DNA of 64,000 nucleotides. Origin: an uncultured Acidobacteriota bacterium. Its GTDB lineage: Bacteria; Acidobacteriota; Thermoanaerobaculia; Gp7-AA8. A program made the position numbers and the translations under genes. The stretch is taken from assembly GCA_963821585.1 (NCBI GenBank), contig CAWGEI010000005.1:6603-70602 (forward strand), given 5' to 3'. Of this stretch, positions 20,958 to 31,045 are shown piece after piece. The notes under the pieces were generated by a model that searched no databases, had not been told where the DNA came from, and saw only the letters and a list, made by a program, of their open reading frames with translations. Each line of letters starts with the position of its first letter. Position 1 is the first letter of the stretch.

Positions 20958-23663
20958 ATGACGACGACGTACGTCTATTACTTCGGTGATGGCCACGCCG
21001 AGGGCAACGCGAAGATGAAAGAGATCCTCGGCGGCAAAGGCGCGGGCCTCGCCGAGATGACGAACATCGGAGTGCCGGTGCCCCCGGGCTTCACGATCTC
21101 CACGGGCGTCTGCACGTACTTCTACGAGCACGACAAGTCGTATCCGCCCGAGCTGAAGCAGGCCGTCGCGGAGAACCTGGCGAGGGTCGAGGAGTCGGTC
21201 GGACGGAAGTTCGGCGATCACGCCCAACCGCTGCTCGTGTCCGTGCGCTCCGGCGCGCGCGCGTCGATGCCCGGGATGATGGACACGATCCTCAACCTCG
21301 GGCTCAACGACGAGACCACGCAGGGACTGGCGACGTCCTCGGGCGACGAGCGCTTCGCGCTGGATTCGTACCGCCGCTTCATCCAGATGTACTCGGACGT
21401 CGTGCTGGAGATCGACCGCGAGCACTTCGAGCACGAGCTCCACGCCTTGCGCGACCGCGTGGGCGTGAAGACCGACGCGGAGATCCCCGCCGAGTCGCTG
21501 CGCGAGCTCGTCGCCACGTACAAGGGCATCGTCCGCGAGCGCGGCGGCCGCGAGTTCCCGCAGGACGTCCACGATCAACTCTGGGGCGCGATCGGTGCCG
21601 TGTTCACGTCGTGGAACAACCAGCGCGCGATCACCTACCGCAAGCTGAACAACATTCCCGACGACTGGGGCACCGCGGTCAACGTGCAGTCGATGGTGTT
21701 CGGCAACATGGGCGACGACTGCGCCACCGGGGTCGCGTTCACACGCAATCCCGCGAACGGCGAGAGGCGATTCTTCGGCGAGTACCTCCCGAACGCGCAG
21801 GGCGAAGACGTGGTCGCGGGCATCCGCACGCCGCTGCCGATCAGCGAGCTCGAGAAGTCGATGCCCGACGCGTACAACCAGCTCGTCGACGTCTACAAGA
21901 AGCTCGAGTCGCACTACCGCGACATGCAGGACATCGAGTTCACGATCCAGTCGCGGAAGCTGTACCTGCTGCAGACGCGCACCGGCAAGCGCACCGGCTT
22001 CGCCTCCGTGAAGATCGCGTGCGACATGGTCGACGAAGGGCTGATCACGAACACCGAGGCCGTCGAGCGCGTCGAGGCCGGGCAGATCACGCAGCTCCTC
22101 GCGCCGGTGTTCGACGCCGCGGAGAAAGAGAAGGCCCTCAAGGGCGGACGCATGCTCGGACGCGGACTGCCCGCCGGACCGGGCGCCGCGGCGGGACAGA
22201 TCGTTTTCAGCGCGGAGAACGCCGTGCGCATGGCGAAGGACGGCCCGGTGATCCTCGTGCGCATCGAGACGTCGCCCGAGGACATCGCCGGTATGCACAG
22301 CGCCGCGGGCATTCTCACGACGCGCGGCGGACTCACGTCGCACGCCGCCGTCGTCGCGCGCGGCATGGGACGCCCGTGCATCGTCGGCGCGGGCGCGCTG
22401 CGAGTCGACTACGGCAAGGGCGAGCTGCGCAGCGAAGGCCACGAGCCGCTCGAAGAGGGCGACTGGGTCTCCATCGACGGCACGACCGGCGAGGTCATCG
22501 GCGGCAAGCTGGCCACGCGCCCCTCGGAAGTCGTGCAGGTCCTGCTCGAAGGCTCGATGAAGGCGGAGGACTCGGAGACGTACCGCAACTTCGACCGCCT
22601 CCTGAAGTGGGCCGACGAGATCCGCACCCTCGGCATCCGCACGAACGCGGACACGCCGAACGACGCGCACGTCGCGCGCCTGTTCGGCGCGCAGGGCATC
22701 GGCCTGTGCCGCACGGAGCACATGTTCTTCGCGGAAGAGCGCATCCTCCGCGTGCGCGAGATGATCCTCGCGCGCGACGAGAAGGGCCGCCGCAAGGCGC
22801 TCGCCGAGATCCTGCCGTATCAGGCCGGCGACTTCGAAGGGATCTTCCGCGAGCTCGCGGGCATGCCCGTCACCGTGCGCCTCCTCGATCCGCCGCTGCA
22901 CGAGTTCCTGCCGCAGACCGAAGCGCAGATCTCGGCCGTGGCGCGCGAGATGAACTGGGGCTTCGTCGAGCTGCGCAACAAAGTGTCGCAACTGCACGAG
23001 CTCAACCCGATGCTCGGCCACCGCGGCTGCCGCCTCGGCATCACCTACCCCGAGATCTACGAGATGCAGGTGCGCGCGATCTTCCAGGCCGCATGCGCCG
23101 TGAAGAAAGACGGCATCGACGTGTTCCCCGAGGTGATGATCCCCCTGGTCGGGACGACCAAGGAACTGCAGCTCACGACCGAAGTCACGCATCGCGTCGC
23201 CACCGAGGTGATGAAGGAGACGGGCATCCAGGTCGACTACCTCGTCGGGACGATGATCGAGATCCCGCGCGCGGCGCTCATCGCCGGCCAGCTCGCGGAG
23301 ATCGCAGAGTTCTTCTCGTTCGGCACGAACGACCTCACCCAGATGACGTTCGGCTACTCACGCGACGACGCGGGCTCGTTCCTCCCCGAGTACGTCGACA
23401 AGAAGATCCTGAAAAAGGACCCGTTCGAGTCGATCGACCAGGAAGGCGTCGGGCAGCTCGTCCGGCGGGGAACGGACGACGGGCGGGCGGCGAACCCGAA
23501 CCTCAAGGTCGGCGTGTGCGGCGAGCACGGCGGCGACCCCGACTCCATCCGCTTCTTCCGGGCGTGCGGCCTGAACTACGTGTCGTGCTCCCCGTACCGC
23601 GTACCGGTCGCCCGTCTGGCGGCCGCGCAGGCGGAGCTTGAACAGAAGGCCTACGAGGGTTGA
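20958..23663 (+). CDS. ppdK: Pyruvate, phosphate dikinase
   Basis: 901 aa. [10 protein letters not shown], the [18 protein letters not shown] phospho-His loop and the GICGE-like CGEHGGDP C-terminus. Confidence 0.96.
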   Translation: MTTTYVYYFGDGHAEGNAKMKEILGGKGAGLAEMTNIGVPVPPGFTISTGVCTYFYEHDKSYPPELKQAVAENLARVEESVGRKFGDHAQPLLVSVRSGARASMPGMMDTILNLGLNDETTQGLATSSGDERFALDSYRRFIQMYSDVVLEIDREHFEHELHALRDRVGVKTDAEIPAESLRELVATYKGIVRERGGREFPQDVHDQLWGAIGAVFTSWNNQRAITYRKLNNIPDDWGTAVNVQSMVFGNMGDDCATGVAFTRNPANGERRFFGEYLPNAQGEDVVAGIRTPLPISELEKSMPDAYNQLVDVYKKLESHYRDMQDIEFTIQSRKLYLLQTRTGKRTGFASVKIACDMVDEGLITNTEAVERVEAGQITQLLAPVFDAAEKEKALKGGRMLGRGLPAGPGAAAGQIVFSAENAVRMAKDGPVILVRIETSPEDIAGMHSAAGILTTRGGLTSHAAVVARGMGRPCIVGAGALRVDYGKGELRSEGHEPLEEGDWVSIDGTTGEVIGGKLATRPSEVVQVLLEGSMKAEDSETYRNFDRLLKWADEIRTLGIRTNADTPNDAHVARLFGAQGIGLCRTEHMFFAEERILRVREMILARDEKGRRKALAEILPYQAGDFEGIFRELAGMPVTVRLLDPPLHEFLPQTEAQISAVAREMNWGFVELRNKVSQLHELNPMLGHRGCRLGITYPEIYEMQVRAIFQAACAVKKDGIDVFPEVMIPLVGTTKELQLTTEVTHRVATEVMKETGIQVDYLVGTMIEIPRAALIAGQLAEIAEFFSFGTNDLTQMTFGYSRDDAGSFLPEYVDKKILKKDPFESIDQEGVGQLVRRGTDDGRAANPNLKVGVCGEHGGDPDSIRFFRACGLNYVSCSPYRVPVARLAAAQAELEQKAYEG

Positions 23664-23664
23664 G

Positions 23665-24228
23665 TCACTCGTCTTCCTTCTTTTCCTTGTACCGGTGCCA
23701 CACCCAGAACCCGATCGCAATCAGGGCGATGACCGCCAGGCCGTACTTCTCGATGTGCTCGACGCGGCCGAGGAGACTCTCGATGGCGCGGCCGAAGTAG
23801 TAGCCCGCGGCGGTGATGACCGCCGCCCATAGCGCGCAACTGATGGCCTGGTAGAACAGGAACTTCAGCAGCGCGATGCGCGACATGCCGATGATCACCG
23901 CGCAAGTGATCCGCAGCCCGTACACCCACTGCGTGAGGATGATCGCGGTAACGCCGTAGCGCTCGAAGACGCGCACGCCTTTCCCGAAGTGGCGCTTCAT
24001 CCTCGGGAAGCGATCGAGCAGCCTCACACCGTGCGCGCGGCCGAGCCAGAACCAGAAGAGATGCCCGAGGTAGGCGCCGGCGAACGCGACCACACCGACG
24101 GCGAACGGGTCGAGGTAGTTGCGTGACGCAAAGAACCCCGCGGCGACGAGAATGGCCTCGCCTTCGAGGAAGGTCCCGACAAAAACTGCCAGATAGCCGA
24201 AATCCTGCAGCAGTGATTCGGGTGACAT
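23665..24228 (-). CDS. DedA family membrane protein
   Basis: 187 aa: YLAVFVGTFLEGEAILVAAGF...RFPRMKRHFGK. Confidence 0.88.
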   Translation of the reverse strand: MSPESLLQDFGYLAVFVGTFLEGEAILVAAGFFASRNYLDPFAVGVVAFAGAYLGHLFWFWLGRAHGVRLLDRFPRMKRHFGKGVRVFERYGVTAIILTQWVYGLRITCAVIIGMSRIALLKFLFYQAISCALWAAVITAAGYYFGRAIESLLGRVEHIEKYGLAVIALIAIGFWVWHRYKEKKEDE

Positions 24229-24300
24229 TCAGCCCTCTGCCAGTGCAAGATTCGGGGCGCGGAGGAAATTGTGATGGTTCACGGGCACATTAAGGATGTC

Positions 24301-24810
24301 ATGTCCCGCACACTGACGATCAATCTGGTCGTGACTCTGGTCGTGATTCTGGTCGGGGCCCTCCCGGTCCTGGCTGAGGAAAAAAAGGCTGAGAAAAAGA
24401 CGGCGGATGCCGCGGCTACGACCACGGCTGCCGCCGCGAAGCCGCAGGCACAGCCCGACTCCCCGCTCGTCGCCGCGTCCAGGCGCGCGAACCGCCTCGG
24501 CAAGAAGCCCACGAACGTCATCACCAACGCGACGCTCAAGAGCTCCGGCGCGAACGCGCACGTCTCCACCACGGACAAGCCGGCCCTCCCGGTGCTCCAG
24601 CCGCTCGCGCCGTCCAGCGACACGCCCGAGGTGGCAGCCGTGAAAGCGCAGCAGGAGCAGCGCGCGAAGGCCGCCGAGCAGGCGGAAAAGGATCGTAAGA
24701 CGAAGGACGAGGAGCAGCAGAAGGCGCGGAGGGAAGCCGCCGCGGCCGAGGAAGGCCAGGAGGGCGACGCGTCGGAAGTCACCGGGTCCACGCCGCCGCC
24801 GCAATTCTGA
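24301..24810 (+). CDS. Secreted low-complexity Ala/Lys/Glu-rich protein
   Basis: ATG at 24301 follows AAGGA. There is a signal/TM segment (LTINLVVTLVVILVGALPVLA), then a charged low-complexity region. The ORF track starts at 24271. Confidence 0.6.
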   Translation: MSRTLTINLVVTLVVILVGALPVLAEEKKAEKKTADAAATTTAAAAKPQAQPDSPLVAASRRANRLGKKPTNVITNATLKSSGANAHVSTTDKPALPVLQPLAPSSDTPEVAAVKAQQEQRAKAAEQAEKDRKTKDEEQQKARREAAAAEEGQEGDASEVTGSTPPPQF

Positions 24811-24884
24811 TCCCGTGCGCACCGCGGCTAGCGGCGCACTCCTTCCCGTGATTTCTGCAGGTGCATGGACCCAATGCTAACAGC

Positions 24885-24945
24885 AACGTAGGGCGTGGCT
24901 TCAGCCCACCTTTTTGGACGGCACGCTGTAGCCACGCCCTACATT
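24885..24945. repeat. Family-1 element, copy 4 (degenerate right arm)
   Basis: AACGTAGGGCGTGGCTTCAGCCCACC ... GCTGTAGCCACGCCCTACATT. The inner part of the right arm is missing. Confidence 0.7.
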
Positions 24946-24952
24946 CTTTCGC

Positions 24953-25108
24953 TTACGCGTGTCGGTGCTGGCTCCGGCGCCACGCCTTCACTCCGCCGAT
25001 GACGCCGGCGATCATGGCGAGACGGCCGAAGCCGAGCATGCGCGCCGCGCCCCTGGCCGAGGTCTGGCCGAGGCGGAAGGCGACCAGTCGCTTGATGAAG
25101 TTCAGCAT
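24953..25108 (-). CDS. Unannotated 51-aa small basic/hydrophobic protein
   Basis: Below the ORF-track size cutoff. GGAGG lies 7 nt before the ATG (rc of 25106-25108). Sequence: MLNFIKRLVAFRLGQTSARGAARMLGFGRLAMIAGVIGGVKAWRRSQHRHA. Confidence 0.45.
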   Translation of the reverse strand: MLNFIKRLVAFRLGQTSARGAARMLGFGRLAMIAGVIGGVKAWRRSQHRHA

Positions 25109-25186
25109 GTGTTGTCCTCCATTCTCTCCGCTTCTTTTGCAACCGCGAGGCCAGCGCTAACCCTCTGAGGTAAGATCACTTAGCAC

Positions 25187-27208
25187 ATGCGTCGGACGCT
25201 CCTGATCTTCCTCGCCGTGGCCCTCCTTTACACCGGTCTCGGCTTCCTTCCCGGCTACACGTTTGCGCCTCTCGACGTGCCGCTGGACTTCGACGCGTGG
25301 AAGCACGATCCGACGCAGCGCGTGCGCGTCTCCAACTCCCTGCTCACCGACGTCATCGTGCAATTCATCCCCTGGGATCGCGAGATCCTCCGCCTGGCGG
25401 GGGAAGGCCAGTGGCCGTGGACGAATCGCTGGGCGGGCGACGGCGGACCGCTGTTCGCGAATCCGCAGACCGCGCTCTTCTCGCCGTTCACTTGGCCGCG
25501 CATGCTCCTCGGGCTCGACGGCTGGGCGGTGATGGCGTTGCTGAAGCTCCTGGCGGCAATGCTGTGCGCGTATTGGCTCGCACGCGAGCTCGACGTGCCG
25601 CGGCCGCAGGCGATCTTCTCCGGAATCGTGTACGCGACCGCGGGCTACACGATCGTCTGGCTCCTGTATCCGATCACCAGCGTCTTCACGCTCCTCGCGG
25701 GACTGGCCGCGGCGATGCTGCGTCTGATGAAGGTCCCGCGCATGCGCAACGCCGCGCTGGTGATCCTCTTCGCCGCGCTGTGTGCCGCCGGCGGTCATCC
25801 GGAGACGCTCTTCCTCGGCGTCCTCGGCATCGGACTGTTCCTGATCTGGGAAGCGGAGAAGCGCCGCGAATTCGGACTGCTGGCCCTCGTGCCGTCGTTC
25901 GCCGGCGCGGTGCTCGGCTTTCTGCTGATGGCGGTGCAGCTCGCGCCGTTCCTGGCGCTGCTCCGCGACAGCTACGCCGAGGTGCTGCGGCCGCGGATCG
26001 CGCATCCGTTCCGCGCGTGGGGCGTGCTGTCTCAGGTGCTGCCCGGAGTCCTCGGCAGTCCACTGCAGGGCGAGCTCGATCTGACGGCGGTGCCGCTGGC
26101 GGAGAACTTCAACCTGCGCGCGGGCGGCTTCATCGGCGCGATCGTGCTGCTGGCCATCATCCTCGCGTGGCGCGGGCTCACGCCGTCGCTGAAACGCGGG
26201 CTGGCCATCGGTGTCCTCGCGCTCGTCGCCTCGTGGTATCCGCCGGGACTGTGGTCCGTACTGCGGAACGTGCCGGTGCTGCGCGTGCTCACACTCGAGT
26301 ATGGCGTGGCGTTGTTCGTCCTGTTCGGATCGATCGCGGCGGGTCCGGCGCTCTTCATTCTTGCGTCCCGCCGGCGCCGCAAGATCGGCAGCGCGCTCGC
26401 GCTGGCGGGAGTGATCGCGGTGATCGCCGGACTCTTTCCGCTCGTCGCACCCGGCCCGCTGAAGAGCATCGCCCGGACCGGGATCACGGCGCTGCGCGAG
26501 CGCGGCCAGCTGCGTCAGGCGCCGGAAGTCTACGAAGAGCGCCTCGGCTATTACGTCTCCGCCGCGGGACTGACGACGCTGCGCCGGGCCGCGCTGCCGG
26601 GCGCGTGCTGGCTGCTGGCGGGGATCGCGCTCGCGCTGCCGGTGCGGCGCCGGATGGCGATGCTGCTCATCGCCGCGGGGGGTGAGCTGCTCGCGTTCGG
26701 CATCGGCTTCAATCCGGCGGTGAAGATGACGGACGTCCCCCCGGAGCCGGACGTCGTCCGCGAGATCCGCCTGCGCGATCCCGAACGGCAGTTCCTCCTC
26801 GCGGAGCACTTCGAGGTCTTTCCTGCGAATCTCGCGACGCTGTACCAGGTCCGCGACGCAATCTCGTACGACGCACTGAGCCAGAAGCCGCGCGTCGAGG
26901 AGCTGGCACCACGCGGCTACGACCCGCTGATGCACACGTTCAATCCGATCCTGGCGCCCGAGGAGGTGCAGCAGCTCGGAGCGATCGGCGTGCGCTGGGT
27001 GCTGAGCCGTGGCGACGTCGCCGGCGCGACGCGCATCGCGGGCCCGCCTCCGCCCGCGGTCGGCGTGTACGAAGTGCCGAACGCCGTTCCGCAGCCGCTG
27101 CCGGCGAACAACGTCCCGCCGGGCCTGATCCTCGGCGCGGTGATCTCCCTGCTCGCGGCGGCGGCGAGCATCGGATGGCTGCGGCTCTACACGATCGAGC
27201 CAGGTTAA
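25187..27208 (+). CDS. Large polytopic membrane protein, YfhO/GT-C-like
   Basis: 673 aa. The N-terminus LDVPLDFDAWKHDP...DVIVQFIPWD...FANPQTALFSPF resembles the YfhO family. Many TM helices are present. Confidence 0.7.
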   Translation: MRRTLLIFLAVALLYTGLGFLPGYTFAPLDVPLDFDAWKHDPTQRVRVSNSLLTDVIVQFIPWDREILRLAGEGQWPWTNRWAGDGGPLFANPQTALFSPFTWPRMLLGLDGWAVMALLKLLAAMLCAYWLARELDVPRPQAIFSGIVYATAGYTIVWLLYPITSVFTLLAGLAAAMLRLMKVPRMRNAALVILFAALCAAGGHPETLFLGVLGIGLFLIWEAEKRREFGLLALVPSFAGAVLGFLLMAVQLAPFLALLRDSYAEVLRPRIAHPFRAWGVLSQVLPGVLGSPLQGELDLTAVPLAENFNLRAGGFIGAIVLLAIILAWRGLTPSLKRGLAIGVLALVASWYPPGLWSVLRNVPVLRVLTLEYGVALFVLFGSIAAGPALFILASRRRRKIGSALALAGVIAVIAGLFPLVAPGPLKSIARTGITALRERGQLRQAPEVYEERLGYYVSAAGLTTLRRAALPGACWLLAGIALALPVRRRMAMLLIAAGGELLAFGIGFNPAVKMTDVPPEPDVVREIRLRDPERQFLLAEHFEVFPANLATLYQVRDAISYDALSQKPRVEELAPRGYDPLMHTFNPILAPEEVQQLGAIGVRWVLSRGDVAGATRIAGPPPPAVGVYEVPNAVPQPLPANNVPPGLILGAVISLLAAAASIGWLRLYTIEPG

Positions 27209-27237
27209 GTGTGGATGGGGTCAGACCCCAACCATAC

Positions 27238-28236
27238 TTACGCCACCTCGGACTTCAGCGAACGCGTCATGAGCCGCTGGATGGCGCCTCGCGGCGACTC
27301 GCCTTCGTAGAGCACGCGGTGCATCTCGTGCGTGATCGGCATCTCGATGTGATGCCGCTCCGCGAGCGCCTGCGCCGATTTCGAGGTCTTGATCCCCTCG
27401 GCCACGAACTTCGCGTCGCGGAGGATGTCTTCGAGCTTCTGCCCTTTGCCGAGTTGCACGCCGACGGTGCGGTTCCGCGAGAGCGCGCCGGTACACGTGA
27501 GCACGAGATCGCCCATGCCCGCCAGCCCCGCGAACGTCTCCAGGCGTCCGCCGAGGGCGATGCCGAGGCGGGTCATCTCGCGGAGGCCGCGCGTGATCAG
27601 CGCGGCGTTGGTGTTGAAGCCGAGGCCGAGGCCTTCGAGGGTCCCGGCGGCGATGGCGACGACGTTCTTCAGCGACCCCGCCAGCTCGACGCCCACCACG
27701 TCCTCGGAGTGATACAGCCGGAACGTCGGCGACGACATGAAGTGCTGCGCCTGTTGCGCGAACTCGACGTTGCGGGACGCGATCACCGCCGCCGTGGGAT
27801 TGCCGTTCGCGGTCTCGATCGCGAAGGTCGGACCGGAGAGCACGGCGAACGCCGTGAGCTGGTCGCCGAGGACTCCCGCCGTCACCTCGGACATCCGATC
27901 GAGTGATTCGTTCTCGATGCCTTTCGTGCCGGAGATGACCTTCACCGGCCCGAGGAAGTGCTCGCGCAGGTTGGTGAGGACTTCGCGGTAGTGATGGCTG
28001 GGTACGACCATGAAGTGCGTGTCGGAGAACGTCGCCGCCTCGGCGAGATCATTCGTCGCGCGGATCCCCTCGCCGAGCTTCACGCCGCGCAGGTAGTCGG
28101 GATTCTCGCCCGTCTCGGCGATCGTCTGCGCGACCGCGGCGTCGTGCGCCCACAGCACGACCTCGTTGCCCGCGCGCTGCGCGGCCACGGCCATCGCCGT
28201 GCCGAACGCACCCGCGCCGATGACGGAGATCTTCAT
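27238..28236 (-). CDS. gpsA: NAD(P)H-dependent glycerol-3-phosphate dehydrogenase
   Basis: MKISVIGAGAFGTAMA...NPDYLRGVKL...KGIE...GLREM. The ATG at 28236 overlaps the plsY stop (ATGA). The ORF track extends spuriously to 28650. Confidence 0.93.
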   Translation of the reverse strand: MKISVIGAGAFGTAMAVAAQRAGNEVVLWAHDAAVAQTIAETGENPDYLRGVKLGEGIRATNDLAEAATFSDTHFMVVPSHHYREVLTNLREHFLGPVKVISGTKGIENESLDRMSEVTAGVLGDQLTAFAVLSGPTFAIETANGNPTAAVIASRNVEFAQQAQHFMSSPTFRLYHSEDVVGVELAGSLKNVVAIAAGTLEGLGLGFNTNAALITRGLREMTRLGIALGGRLETFAGLAGMGDLVLTCTGALSRNRTVGVQLGKGQKLEDILRDAKFVAEGIKTSKSAQALAERHHIEMPITHEMHRVLYEGESPRGAIQRLMTRSLKSEVA

Positions 28237-28883
28237 TCGTCCTCCTCCTTCTTGCGGCCGAGCCTCCGCTCCGTGCCGCGCGCGAGCCGGGCGATGTTCG
28301 AGTGATGCTTGAGAATCACGGCCAGCGCGATGCCGATGCTGAGGACCGTGCGCCAGTACGGCGCGTCGATCGCGACGAAACGGAACAGCAGCGGAATCGA
28401 CGCGGCGCTGAGGATCGACGCCAGCGAGACCATCCGCGACAGCAGGACGACGATCGCGAACACCAGCACCGACGCCGCGAACACGCGCGGATCGAGCGCG
28501 AGGATGACCCCCGCCGCCGTCGCCACACCCTTGCCTCCATGAAAGCGCAGCCACACCGGAAACATGTGTCCGAGCACGGCCACAAGCCCCGCCAGCGCGA
28601 TCCACATCTCCCGCGACTGCCACGGCTGTGGCCCCGGCCCATACGGCCACTCCGGCCGCCCGACGATCCAGCGCGCGATCAGGATGATGGCCACGCCTTT
28701 CGCGAGATCGCCCAGCAGCGCGAGCACCCCGGCCCCCTTCCCCGCCGTCCGCGCGACATTCGTCGCCCCCACGTTCCCGCTCCCCTCCCGCCGCACGTCC
28801 TTCCCCGCAAACACCCGCGCCACGAGATAGCTGAAGGGAATCGAGCCGACAAAGTACGCGACGAGGAGGAGGGCGGCGGACAT
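28233..28883 (-). CDS. plsY: Glycerol-3-phosphate acyltransferase PlsY
   Basis: 216 aa: YFVGSIPFSYLVAR...GSGNVGATNVAR...HMFPVWLRFHGGKGVAT. Confidence 0.93.
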   Translation of the reverse strand: MSAALLLVAYFVGSIPFSYLVARVFAGKDVRREGSGNVGATNVARTAGKGAGVLALLGDLAKGVAIILIARWIVGRPEWPYGPGPQPWQSREMWIALAGLVAVLGHMFPVWLRFHGGKGVATAAGVILALDPRVFAASVLVFAIVVLLSRMVSLASILSAASIPLLFRFVAIDAPYWRTVLSIGIALAVILKHHSNIARLARGTERRLGRKKEEDE

Positions 28884-28890
28884 GCGGGGG

Positions 28891-29406
28891 CTATTGTAGT
28901 TTGCGCACTCGCTCCGCGAAGCGCGCCAGACTGATCGCGGGATAGCGGTAGAGGTCGGGCTCGATGGCGGTGAAGAACGCGAACAGCTTCGCCGGCTCGA
29001 CGAGCCCGTTGTCGATCATCGCTCGCACATCCTGCCGGTCGATATCATGGTCGCGTTCGATCTTCGCCAGCGCCTGCGCATAGAAGTCGTAGTGATGAAA
29101 GGACAGCTTGCCTTCACGTGCGATGAAACGGCTGCGGTCCTCCCATCCTGGCAGTTGCGGGATGAAGTCATCGGGAGATGCGAGCTCCACGTTGATCTGC
29201 AGGGCTTCCTTCACTTCAGGAATCGCACGCAGCACGCGATCGTGCTCGGGGATGAGCTTGATGTCGATGTCGAGCGTGCTCTCCCGCCATCCCTGCAGCA
29301 CCGCGGTCGCGCCGCCGGTGAGATAGATGCGGCCTTCCACGACCGCTTCGCGCGCCAGTGCGCGCATGAAAGCGCGAAGCCGATCCTGCGTTACTCGCTC
29401 ACGCAT
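28891..29406 (-). CDS. Minimal nucleotidyltransferase-fold protein (DUF6036/AbiEii-like)
   Basis: 171 aa. TGGATAVLQGWRESTLDIDI fits the NTase G[GS]-x(n)-D-x-D motif, followed by a helical C-terminal domain. Confidence 0.6.
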   Translation of the reverse strand: MRERVTQDRLRAFMRALAREAVVEGRIYLTGGATAVLQGWRESTLDIDIKLIPEHDRVLRAIPEVKEALQINVELASPDDFIPQLPGWEDRSRFIAREGKLSFHHYDFYAQALAKIERDHDIDRQDVRAMIDNGLVEPAKLFAFFTAIEPDLYRYPAISLARFAERVRKLQ

Positions 29407-29678
29407 TCGGCGGCGCGCTCGAAACTCACCAGGCGTCGGATCAGTGCGTTGTAACGAGAGTGCGCCTCGTCGGGATCATCTTCGGCGAGAAGATCGTAGA
29501 GGCGATGTTCCGGGTGGCTGCCGTCGGCCGGATCGGCGATGACCAGTCCGAGATCGCGCAACCGCGGCGCCCCTACCAGAACGAGGAACGCCGGAACGGA
29601 TTCAACGCCGTTGGCGAGGTCGCGAAGGCCTTCGCGAATCAGATCCGCGCCGGGGAGCGCATCGGAGATCTCTCGCAT
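29391..29678 (-). CDS. 95-aa acidic protein, translationally coupled partner of the nucleotidyltransferase
   Basis: It overlaps the downstream gene by 16 nt. I recognised no family. Confidence 0.55.
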   Translation of the reverse strand: MREISDALPGADLIREGLRDLANGVESVPAFLVLVGAPRLRDLGLVIADPADGSHPEHRLYDLLAEDDPDEAHSRYNALIRRLVSFERAAECVSE

Positions 29679-29701
29679 CTGGCGCGAGTATAAGGGGATC
29701 T

Positions 29702-29890
29702 CTGTCGCCCGCTACGCGGGCTCGTTCCCAGCGACCGCGCTATTCCCCCGGCTGAAGCCGGGGTCTATTTTCTGTAGCCCGCTACGCGGGCAGAATTTGC
29801 CGCCGTAGGCGGCGACAGAAAATAGCCTCCGGCTTCAGCCGGAGGACTGCGACGGGTTGGGGTTGCGAGCCCGCGTATGCGGGCGGCAGA
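29702..29890. repeat. Family-2 nested composite palindrome, copy C
   Basis: CTGTCGCCCGCTACGCGGGCTCGTTCC ... CCCCCGGCTGAAGCCGGGGTCTATTTTCT ... GCCCGCTACGCGGGC / GCCGCCGTAGGCGGC ... AATAGCCTCCGGCTTCAGCCGGAGG ... CGAGCCCGCGTATGCGGGCGGCAGAG. Confidence 0.9.
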
Positions 29891-29900
29891 GATTTGCCCC

Positions 29901-31040
29901 TCACATCCCGTCGAAGGCGTTCTCGAGATCCGCGATCAGGTCCTCGATGTCCTCGATCCCCACCGAGATGCGCACGAGGCCCGGGGTGATGCCGAGGCGA
30001 GTGCGGGTCTCCAGGGGGACGGACGCGTGCGTCATCGTCTCCGGGTGCGAGATCAGCGTCTCCACGCCGCCGAGGGATTCGGCGAGGGAGCAGAGGCGGA
30101 CGCGGTCGAGGAACTTCTTCGCGTTCTCCAGCGAGCCCAGATCGAACGAGATCATCGAGCCGAAGCCGTTCATCTGGCGCTTCGCCAGCTCGTGCTGCGG
30201 ATGGTCCGAGAGGCCGGGGTAATAGATCTTCTGCACCTTCGCGTGGTGCGAGAGGTAATTCGCCATCGCCATCCCGTTCTCTTCGTGGCGCTTCATCCGC
30301 ACCGCCAGCGTCTTCACGCCGCGCAGCACGAGCCACGAATCGAACGGCGACAGGATCGCGCCGACCGCGTTCTGCAGGAAGCCGATCTGCTCGCCGAGGT
30401 CGTCGCGGTTCGAGATCACCGCGCCACCCACCGAGTCCGAATGACCGTTGAGGAACTTCGTTGTCGAGTGCACGACGATGTCCGCGCCCAGCTCGATCGG
30501 CTTCTGCAGCCAAGGCGAGCAGAACGTGTTGTCGACGACCACCAGCGCGCCCGCCTGGTGCGCGACGTCCGCGCACGCGGCCAGGTCCGTTACCGTCATC
30601 ATCGGATTCGTCGGCGTCTCCAGGAACACGAGCTTCGTGTTCGCCTGCAGCGCGTTGCGCACGTTGTCCACGTTCGACGTATCGACGTACGTGAACTCCA
30701 GCCCGAACTTCCCCAGCACGCGGCTGAACAGGCGGTACGAGCCGCCGTACATGTTCTCGCCCGCAATCACGTGATCGCCCGACTTCAGCAGGCGGAAGAC
30801 CGTGTCCGTCGCCGACATGCCGGACGCGAAGCAGTGTCCGTACTTGCCCTTCTCCAGCGCGGCGAGGTTCGCCTCGAGCGCCGAGCGCGTCGGGTTCTGC
30901 GTGCGCGCGTACTCGTAGCCCTTATGGCGTCCGAGCTCGGGCTGCACGTACGTCGAGGTCTGATAGATCGGGATGGTGACGGCGCCGGTGTGCGGCTCGG
31001 GCTCCTGCCCGGCGTGAATGCAATCGGTGGAAAAACCCAT
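29901..31040 (-). CDS. Cystathionine gamma-synthase/gamma-lyase family PLP enzyme
   Basis: 379 aa: TGAVTIPIYQTSTY...HSTTKFLNGHSD. Confidence 0.9.
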   Translation of the reverse strand: MGFSTDCIHAGQEPEPHTGAVTIPIYQTSTYVQPELGRHKGYEYARTQNPTRSALEANLAALEKGKYGHCFASGMSATDTVFRLLKSGDHVIAGENMYGGSYRLFSRVLGKFGLEFTYVDTSNVDNVRNALQANTKLVFLETPTNPMMTVTDLAACADVAHQAGALVVVDNTFCSPWLQKPIELGADIVVHSTTKFLNGHSDSVGGAVISNRDDLGEQIGFLQNAVGAILSPFDSWLVLRGVKTLAVRMKRHEENGMAMANYLSHHAKVQKIYYPGLSDHPQHELAKRQMNGFGSMISFDLGSLENAKKFLDRVRLCSLAESLGGVETLISHPETMTHASVPLETRTRLGITPGLVRISVGIEDIEDLIADLENAFDGM

Positions 31041-31045
31041 GGTGA

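Noticed and set aside
20916-23192. 758-aa ORF on the minus strand.
   Set aside because: It lies exactly antisense to ppdK. Its composition is dominated by Arg/Ala/Gly/His/Asp runs, with no recognisable motifs. This is the typical shadow ORF of a high-GC gene.
27216-27230. Bidirectional terminator between the convergent YfhO-like and gpsA genes.
   Set aside because: There is only a 5-7-bp stem (TGGGGTC-A-GACCCCA) with no U-tract on either strand. That is too weak to call.
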